Origin: an uncultured Acidobacteriota bacterium
Lineage (GTDB): Bacteria > Acidobacteriota > Thermoanaerobaculia > Multivoradales > UBA5704
NCBI GenBank assembly: GCA_963700145.1
Contig: OY969474.1
Coordinates: forward strand, 4,480,001 to 4,544,000
Reading direction: 5' to 3'
DNA: 64,000 nt
In this document: in pieces, positions 58,216 to 64,000 of the stretch
Numbering within the stretch: the first letter of the stretch is position 1
Layout: each line of letters opens with the position of its first letter
The notes under the pieces: model-generated
Told to the model about the DNA's origin: nothing
Database searches by the model: none
The model's input: only the letters and a program-made list of their open reading frames with translations
Translations under genes and position numbers: made by a program

Positions 58216-58303
58216 GGGCCCTCCTCAGAGGCGTCGCGCTTGCGCGCCAAGCAGTCCTACTTGATGCACGTCAACCGCCTCCGTGGAGTTGCATGGCTAG
58301 CCC

Positions 58304-61300
58304 TCAGCCCGCGCGTCGAATCTTCTCCGTGAGATCGATCCGCCTGATGCTTGCAGATTGACCAGCAGGATTCATGTAGTCATCTTGGCGGCATGTCAGC
58401 ACGACCACCTGCACGAGCGCGGCGGCTTGGTGCAGGGCCGCGCGGAACCACTCCAGCCGAGTCTGGTCGCTCTGAACGAGCTGATCGTCGAGGATGATCG
58501 CGCTCCCGATGCGTTCAGCGATCGCGAGGCGCAGGAGCGTTGCCAGCTGGTCCCGGGTACCGACGGACAGAACGTCCACCGCCCGTTGGCCACCGCCGGC
58601 CGCGATGTTCTGCACACGGAGATGCGGGCTCATGTCGAGGTCGCCGTAGCGGCCTTGGGTGAGCTCGCCGAACCGTCGGGCAACCTCACCCCCGAGCGCT
58701 CTGCCGAGATGCTGCGCGCCCGAGGCTTCGCAATCCTTCAGCGTGTCGCGAAGAAGCTTCCAGCCCTCGGCATCCAGCTCCAACGTGTGCTGCCGGTCGG
58801 CCGCCTCGTCGAGCGCGGCTTGGAGCGGTGCCTGCCGGTCGCGCGCGACCTTGCCGCCGACCCGCAGCAGCTCGCCTTCCACCTGATGCAGCTCGCCCTT
58901 CTTCTCCGTCAGCTCCGCTTCGAGGGTGGAGGCCGCCTTCTCGGCTGCTTGGACGTCAGCTTCGGTTGTGGGGGGATCCGGAGCGTCCAATGCAGCAAGG
59001 GTCGCCTGCTGCACGCGTACTTCCTCTTCGGCCTGGCGTAGAGGCAGGGACTCCGCGTGCTTCTTCTGCGCTTCCAGCTCTCCGCGCGCCTGGTCACGCT
59101 TGGAGCGCCCCTCGGTCGCGGCGGTGTCAGCTGTCTTGGTCGCGTCGACTGCGGTGGATAGTGCCTGCTCGGCGGCGTCCATCCTCGACTTCGCCGCGCT
59201 GACCGCGTTGCTCCCCGCGCCCTGCAGCGCGAGCAGCTCCGCCTTGATGCCGCCCGCCTCGACGTCGAGTGCAGCGATGTCGGTGGTGACGGTTCTCAGG
59301 AGCGCCTCCGGGTCGCCTGCCAGCGCGGCGCGCGCCCGTTCGGACTCCTCGCGAGCCGCCGCGAGCGACGCTGTGATTTGCGTGATCTGACCGCCAAGGC
59401 CGGCGAGCTCCGCAGACGCCGCGTCGCGGTCCGCTCTCGCTTTGATCTCGGCGCGATCCAGGTCCTTGGCTGCGTTCTCCGTCTGGCTCTCCCAGCCGGG
59501 GCCGACCGTCTTCACGATGGTGGCAAGCGCCTGGCGATCGCGCCCCTCCAGCGCTGCCTCGAGCTCGCGGACACGGCTCTCGTGTCTCGGGACCTCGGCG
59601 GATCGTGATTCGAGCGCCGAAGCCTTCTCGAGGTCGTGGCGCGCGTCCTTGTCGAGCTGCTCGGCCTGCCGCAAGGTGCCATCGGCATGTGCGCGCGCCT
59701 CCGAAAGCGCAGCAACGGAATCGAGGCCGGCCAGGATCAAGACGGGCTGGGCCTCTGCGTTCCACCGCTGCCGCAGCGCCTCGGCCCGCCTGCGATTGCC
59801 GGCATCTCCCGCGACGACGCGGACCTCCGCCACATCCTCGATCGAGAGCTCGATCGCCCGGTTTGCGTCGACGGTGAGGTCGGCGCCGGCGCGGCTCGGC
59901 TCCCCGCCGTCAACGCGGACCTCCACCTCGATACCGCTCTTCCTGAGGGAGATGGTCGCCGACAGGCCCCCTCCGAGGGCGGCCTCCGCTCGTTCCAGCT
60001 CGCCATGGAGCTCGTGGAGCGCCTTGATGGTCCCCGCCTCGGGAAGGGAACGCGCAGCGACCGCCGACCGGAGCTGGGCGGCCTCCTGACTAGCGCCCTG
60101 CGCCTTGGCCTGTAGCTCCGCGGCTTGCTGGCGGGCCTGGAGGAGCGTGCTCAGCGCCTCGGCGGCCTCGCTCCAGCGCCCGTACGCCAGCAGGCCTTGG
60201 AGCTGCTCCCGCTGGGCTCGGGCCTCTGCGAGGGCTTGGTCCGCCTTGCTGAGCCGCGCACGAGCAGCGACCGCCTTGCCTTCGATCTCCGCGTTCTGCG
60301 CTTCCAGCTTCGTCACGCCCGCGGCGCAGCCGCGAGCGTGTTCGGCGGCCTTCTGGCGAGCTACGATGCCGCCGCGCCGGACTTCGGTCGCGGCGAGCGC
60401 TTGCTCGAGCTTGGCTACCTTGAGCGCGCGCTTGCTCGCGGCCTTCTCGCTGGTCGCCTCGGCGTGGGCCTCCCTCGCCGCGGCAAACGCTGCACGCGCG
60501 GCGTCCTCGGCGGCGCGCGCTTCGGTGAGCGAAGCCTCCTGTGCGGCCGTCGCGGCAACCAGCGCGCCCAACTCCTGTTCCTTCGCCCCAACGCGAGCGC
60601 GCTCCTCCTCGATGCGCCGGAGCGCCTCCCTTGCCTGGTCGAGCCCGTGCAGCGCTGCAGCCAACCGACGGACTCTCGTCAGCCGTTCATCTGCTTCGTG
60701 GCGCCGCTCCGCTAGGTTCCCTACGCTGTCGCGCAGGGCCCTCAACCGGCTCTCGACCTCCTCGGTTGACCGCAGCTGCTCGCTGAGGGCATCGAGGTCG
60801 TCGCGCAGTCTCGTCACCTGCTCGGCGGCCTGGGTCATGGGCGAGCTCTTGCCGCGCTTTAGCTTCCCCGTCGGGCTGAAGTGCTGGTCGCACTCTGCCT
60901 CTGCCTGGTCGAGGAGTCTCTTGAACCGCGGGTCGCGGGCCAGGCCCTGCAGGGCTCGCGTGAGACGCAGCCGCCCAGACTCGCCTGGATCCGGGTCCAT
61001 CTCCAGGCTCTCCTCGAGGATCGCGGCGACGTCGGTCTGCTCCGCGAGGAGGACGTGGGAGAGGAAGGTCTGGGGCAGGCCGCGCGGAGCTCCTGCGCGC
61101 GCGCCCGCGAGTGGGGCTCCCCACTCCAGCATCTTGCGCAGGCGCTCGTCGACCTCGCGGCCCTTCGTCTCGTTCAGGAAGTCGCGCCCGTCCTTGGACG
61201 ACTCCAGGAAGGACGAGCCGCCGCGGCTGCCCCCGAACGACTTGGTGACCCTCCAGAGGCGGTCGTCGGCGTCGGCGAAGGTGAGCTTCACCTCCGGCGA

Positions 61301-61498
61301 AAAGTCACCGCGCCACGGAACGAACTTTTCCGCCTCCGAGGAGCCGTGCGGCAGGAGCAAGACGGCCCGGATCGCCGCCGCGAGCGAGGACTTTCCGAGG
61401 TCGTTCGGGCCGTAGAGGATGTTGAGCCCGGGACCGAGCTCCACCTCCGCATGCTCGATCCCGCAGAAGTGATCGACCACGAGGCGGACGAAGCGCAC
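58304..61498 (-). CDS. Rad50/SbcC/YhaN-like coiled-coil ABC ATPase
   Basis: GPNDLGKSS, long coiled coil, LSVGTRDQLATLLRLA, ILDDQLVQSD, VLTC; GTG start at 61498. Confidence 0.85.
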   Translation of the reverse strand: MRFVRLVVDHFCGIEHAEVELGPGLNILYGPNDLGKSSLAAAIRAVLLLPHGSSEAEKFVPWRGDFSPEVKLTFADADDRLWRVTKSFGGSRGGSSFLESSKDGRDFLNETKGREVDERLRKMLEWGAPLAGARAGAPRGLPQTFLSHVLLAEQTDVAAILEESLEMDPDPGESGRLRLTRALQGLARDPRFKRLLDQAEAECDQHFSPTGKLKRGKSSPMTQAAEQVTRLRDDLDALSEQLRSTEEVESRLRALRDSVGNLAERRHEADERLTRVRRLAAALHGLDQAREALRRIEEERARVGAKEQELGALVAATAAQEASLTEARAAEDAARAAFAAAREAHAEATSEKAASKRALKVAKLEQALAATEVRRGGIVARQKAAEHARGCAAGVTKLEAQNAEIEGKAVAARARLSKADQALAEARAQREQLQGLLAYGRWSEAAEALSTLLQARQQAAELQAKAQGASQEAAQLRSAVAARSLPEAGTIKALHELHGELERAEAALGGGLSATISLRKSGIEVEVRVDGGEPSRAGADLTVDANRAIELSIEDVAEVRVVAGDAGNRRRAEALRQRWNAEAQPVLILAGLDSVAALSEARAHADGTLRQAEQLDKDARHDLEKASALESRSAEVPRHESRVRELEAALEGRDRQALATIVKTVGPGWESQTENAAKDLDRAEIKARADRDAASAELAGLGGQITQITASLAAAREESERARAALAGDPEALLRTVTTDIAALDVEAGGIKAELLALQGAGSNAVSAAKSRMDAAEQALSTAVDATKTADTAATEGRSKRDQARGELEAQKKHAESLPLRQAEEEVRVQQATLAALDAPDPPTTEADVQAAEKAASTLEAELTEKKGELHQVEGELLRVGGKVARDRQAPLQAALDEAADRQHTLELDAEGWKLLRDTLKDCEASGAQHLGRALGGEVARRFGELTQGRYGDLDMSPHLRVQNIAAGGGQRAVDVLSVGTRDQLATLLRLAIAERIGSAIILDDQLVQSDQTRLEWFRAALHQAAALVQVVVLTCRQDDYMNPAGQSASIRRIDLTEKIRRAG

Positions 61499-61500
61499 CC

Positions 61501-62643
61501 TCAGGCCACCTTCCGCACCAGCGTGTAGAGGTGGTAGAGAGCCCGCCGTGCGACCTCGGCCTGCGGGCCTGTCTCCAGGTCCTGGAGGCGTCGCACCGTC
61601 TCGAGCACTGCGTCGGGCATGTCGGTGAAGAGCTGGTCGATGTTGCGGGTGTCGAGCTCGAGGAGCGATCGGTCGCACCTCAGGATGCCGACCTTGGGCC
61701 GCACAGCCTCGCTCCCTGCGAGCTCACCGAGGATCCGCTCGGCCTCTTCGTACTCGGCAGCGGGGAGGCTCGCGGCTATGGTGAGCTCGAGGACTCGCTG
61801 GGAGAGGTCGGGACGCGCGGCAAGCGCCCGCAAGGCTTCGAGACTCTCGACCCGGATCGACTCCCATCGCCACTTCGCGACGCGCTCCTTCTCGACCCGC
61901 ACCCGCCGGCGCTGGGTGATGAAGACGAGGGCAACGTGTCCGGGATCCTTGTCGCCGAAGGTTGTGGGCTCGGGTGCGCCGGGATACACAGTGGGCTTGT
62001 CGGCGGGCGGAAAGACGCGGAAACCGTGCGTGTCGCCGATTGCGAGGTAGTCGAACCCGCGCTGGACGGCCGCGTCGGGCGCGATGGGGAAGTTCGTCTG
62101 GTAGTCGTCCATCTCGAACGTGCTGCCGTGGACGAGGCCCACCCGGATGCGTTCGTCCCCGAGCGCGCGGGCCGGAAGAGCGAGGGCGATGTCCTTGCTC
62201 TGAGCGGAAGACCGGCACGGGGTGGCATGTAGCTCGGCGCCGTCCTTGAGCTGGAACGTGAAATCGTCACGGTCGATCACGTGGACGTGCGCCGGAAGCT
62301 TCCTGCGGAAGGACCCAGTGGGATCCCAGACCGAGTCCGGCAACAGCGGGTCGTGATTGCCGGGCAGTAGGAAGACGGGGCGGTGCGGTGAGGCGCGGCG
62401 CGCGATCAGGCTCGCGAGACCGTCTGCCCACTTGGGATCGGGCCTCGGCTCGTCGAAGAGGTCGCCCGCGCAGAGGACGGCGTCCGCCTCGTAGCGATCG
62501 GCGACGCCGAAGATCTGCTCGACGACGTCCAGGCGAGCGCGCATCAGCTCGAGCTCCTGTTCGTCGCTAAAGCCACGGAACCGCATCCCCAGATGCCAGT
62601 CGGCGGTGTGCACCAGTGTGAGGGCCACGTCGTCCTCCGTCAT
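61501..62643 (-). CDS. Mre11/SbcD-like metallophosphoesterase nuclease
   Basis: HTADWHLG, AGDLFD, PGNHD, LVHGS, LAIGDTH, YPGAPE. Confidence 0.9.
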   Translation of the reverse strand: MTEDDVALTLVHTADWHLGMRFRGFSDEQELELMRARLDVVEQIFGVADRYEADAVLCAGDLFDEPRPDPKWADGLASLIARRASPHRPVFLLPGNHDPLLPDSVWDPTGSFRRKLPAHVHVIDRDDFTFQLKDGAELHATPCRSSAQSKDIALALPARALGDERIRVGLVHGSTFEMDDYQTNFPIAPDAAVQRGFDYLAIGDTHGFRVFPPADKPTVYPGAPEPTTFGDKDPGHVALVFITQRRRVRVEKERVAKWRWESIRVESLEALRALAARPDLSQRVLELTIAASLPAAEYEEAERILGELAGSEAVRPKVGILRCDRSLLELDTRNIDQLFTDMPDAVLETVRRLQDLETGPQAEVARRALYHLYTLVRKVA

Positions 62644-64000
62644 TCGAGGAGCATCTCCAGCTCGAAGAGCCGTTCTACAGTGGCGGTCGAGTACCGGCGC
62701 GCGAGGAGCCGCTCTCGACAGCGGCGGTAGGTGTCGTCGTCGCGCCGCTCCAGCCGGTCGATCTCTGCTTCGATCGCCTCGATCTCGACCGCCAGCCTTC
62801 CGAGCAGGCCCTCCGCCTCTTCGCGGGCGTCCAAGCTGAGCGCCGCGTCCCGCCGCGCGCGTGCCTCCTCGCTGCGACGCTCGAGGTCGCCTCGGTCGCG
62901 GCGGCGCAGGAGGAGCCGATCCTCGATGTACCGCTCCACCTGCTCGAGCCCACGGTCGAAGCGCCCCGCCTCGCCGCTCGTCGCCGCCTGCCGGTCCGCA
63001 AAGAGCGCCTCCTCGACGATGTCCTCGAAGACCTCGTCGGGAGCCACCCCAACGAGCCCCTCGGGCAGGTCGCTGATCTCGGACAGCAGCAGCGCCTCGC
63101 CGAGGTGCGGAGCCAAAGCCGTCTCGTCGCCTTCAAAAAGCGCTACGGGGATGAGCCGCTCGACCGGTTCGAGGCCCTCGTAGCGGACCCGCAGGAGCGC
63201 GAACCGGCCGCGACGGCTGCGACGAGCGACGAGCTCGGCCGGTGCCTCGGGGCCGAGCCTGATGGTCACCGCCCGCTTGCCGTCGCGCGGAGTGCGGGCG
63301 GCTGCGATTGCAGAGAGGACGAGCGGATGAGAGAGGTGAAGGGACTCGTCCGTCCCGCCGGAGGAGCCCACGGCTACCGCGAGCCCCTCACGAAGCCCCT
63401 CCGGAAGCGCCGCGCAGGGCTCGACTCGGAGGAAGGTCCCGCTCTCGCCAACAACCCTCTCCCAGCCGGCACCGATGGCCGCCAGGTAGGAGGTGACGAG
63501 TCGCTCCATGTCCGCGTCGAACTCCGCGAGCGCAGCGGGAAGCTCGTCGCGCCGCTTCGCAAAAACGCCGCGGACCTCCTCGTCGAAGGCGCTCTCGATG
63601 AGGCGGGCCGTCTTGTTGCGCTCGTCCTCGAAGCGCTCGCGCTTCTCGCCGACGCTGTCGCGTAGCTGCCGCAGCTCGGCCTCCACCTCGTCGATCGTTC
63701 GCGCGCGCTCCCAGATCCGGTTGAGGCTCGCCTCCAGCTCGACGCCGAACGTCCCGGCCAGCACTTCAGGCGTCGGCTCACCAGCTCGGTGCAGGACGAC
63801 GTCCGAGGCATCGAGCACGGTCCCGAAGAGGTCGAGCTTGCGGCTCAGGATGTCGAAGGTGAGGCGCGCGGCCTCGTTGTCCCGGGCGAGGAAGTTGATG
63901 ACGGTGACGTCGCGCTCCTGGCCGTAGCGGTGGCAGCGGCCGATGCGCTGCTCGATGCGCTGTGGGTTCCAGGGCAGGTCGTAGTTGACGACTGTCTCGC
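62640..64000 (-). CDS. SNF2/RapA-like helicase, C-terminal part (5'-truncated by window edge)
   Basis: Frame open to the edge: VVNYDLPWNPQRIEQRIGRCHRYGQ, followed by a coiled-coil tail; ATGA overlap with the Mre11-like gene. Confidence 0.88.
   Translation of the reverse strand, partial: ETVVNYDLPWNPQRIEQRIGRCHRYGQERDVTVINFLARDNEAARLTFDILSRKLDLFGTVLDASDVVLHRAGEPTPEVLAGTFGVELEASLNRIWERARTIDEVEAELRQLRDSVGEKRERFEDERNKTARLIESAFDEEVRGVFAKRRDELPAALAEFDADMERLVTSYLAAIGAGWERVVGESGTFLRVEPCAALPEGLREGLAVAVGSSGGTDESLHLSHPLVLSAIAAARTPRDGKRAVTIRLGPEAPAELVARRSRRGRFALLRVRYEGLEPVERLIPVALFEGDETALAPHLGEALLLSEISDLPEGLVGVAPDEVFEDIVEEALFADRQAATSGEAGRFDRGLEQVERYIEDRLLLRRRDRGDLERRSEEARARRDAALSLDAREEAEGLLGRLAVEIEAIEAEIDRLERRDDDTYRRCRERLLARRYSTATVERLFELEMLLE

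Larger units (their letters stand above)
6799..64000. mobile_element. Integrated conjugative element / integrated plasmid, IncP (Trb)-type T4SS, Tn4371-like gene set; right end probably outside the window
   Basis: repA, iterons, oriT, mobC, relaxase, traF, traG, trbB-I, parAB, ardC, radC and defence cargo next to chromosomal-looking genes. Confidence 0.8.

Noticed and set aside
58304-62643. Wadjet or Lamassu call
   Set aside because: No JetA/B/D or LmuA/C-like partners seen; the nuclease is Mre11/SbcD-type.

Overview
High-GC bacterial DNA. Bases 1-3572 look like host chromosome (MATE transporter, GT4 glycosyltransferase, SnoaL/NTF2 protein), followed by a non-coding stretch and a secreted BNR-repeat gene with a 1-nt frameshift. 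From about 6.8 kb, marked by two tRNA-Ala/tmRNA-like 3'-end remnants, to beyond the right edge lies an integrated conjugative element with an IncP/Tn4371-like backbone: repA plus iterons, ardC, ssb, oriT, mobC, MOBP relaxase with a nested gene, traF, traG, trbBCDEJKLFGI, parAB, radC, a methyltransferase-helicase fusion and a second ssb. No integrase is visible in the window. Cargo is mostly defence-like: AbiE toxin-antitoxin; a complete type III CBASS (Trip13, two HORMAs, CdnD-like cyclase, nuclease-SAVED) led by an intact LexA-like repressor and bracketed by identical 19-bp iteron copies; an unknown+PLD gene pair; an eight-gene glycosyl/cytidylyltransferase cluster with no export genes followed by a predicted nuclease; Gabija; and a SNF2-Mre11-Rad50-like operon. 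The strongest leads are the LexA-led CBASS, the export-less glycosylation cluster, and a family of branched hairpins with minus-strand cGNAg triloops upstream of the anti-defence genes. All calls come from reading motifs by eye; no searches were run.
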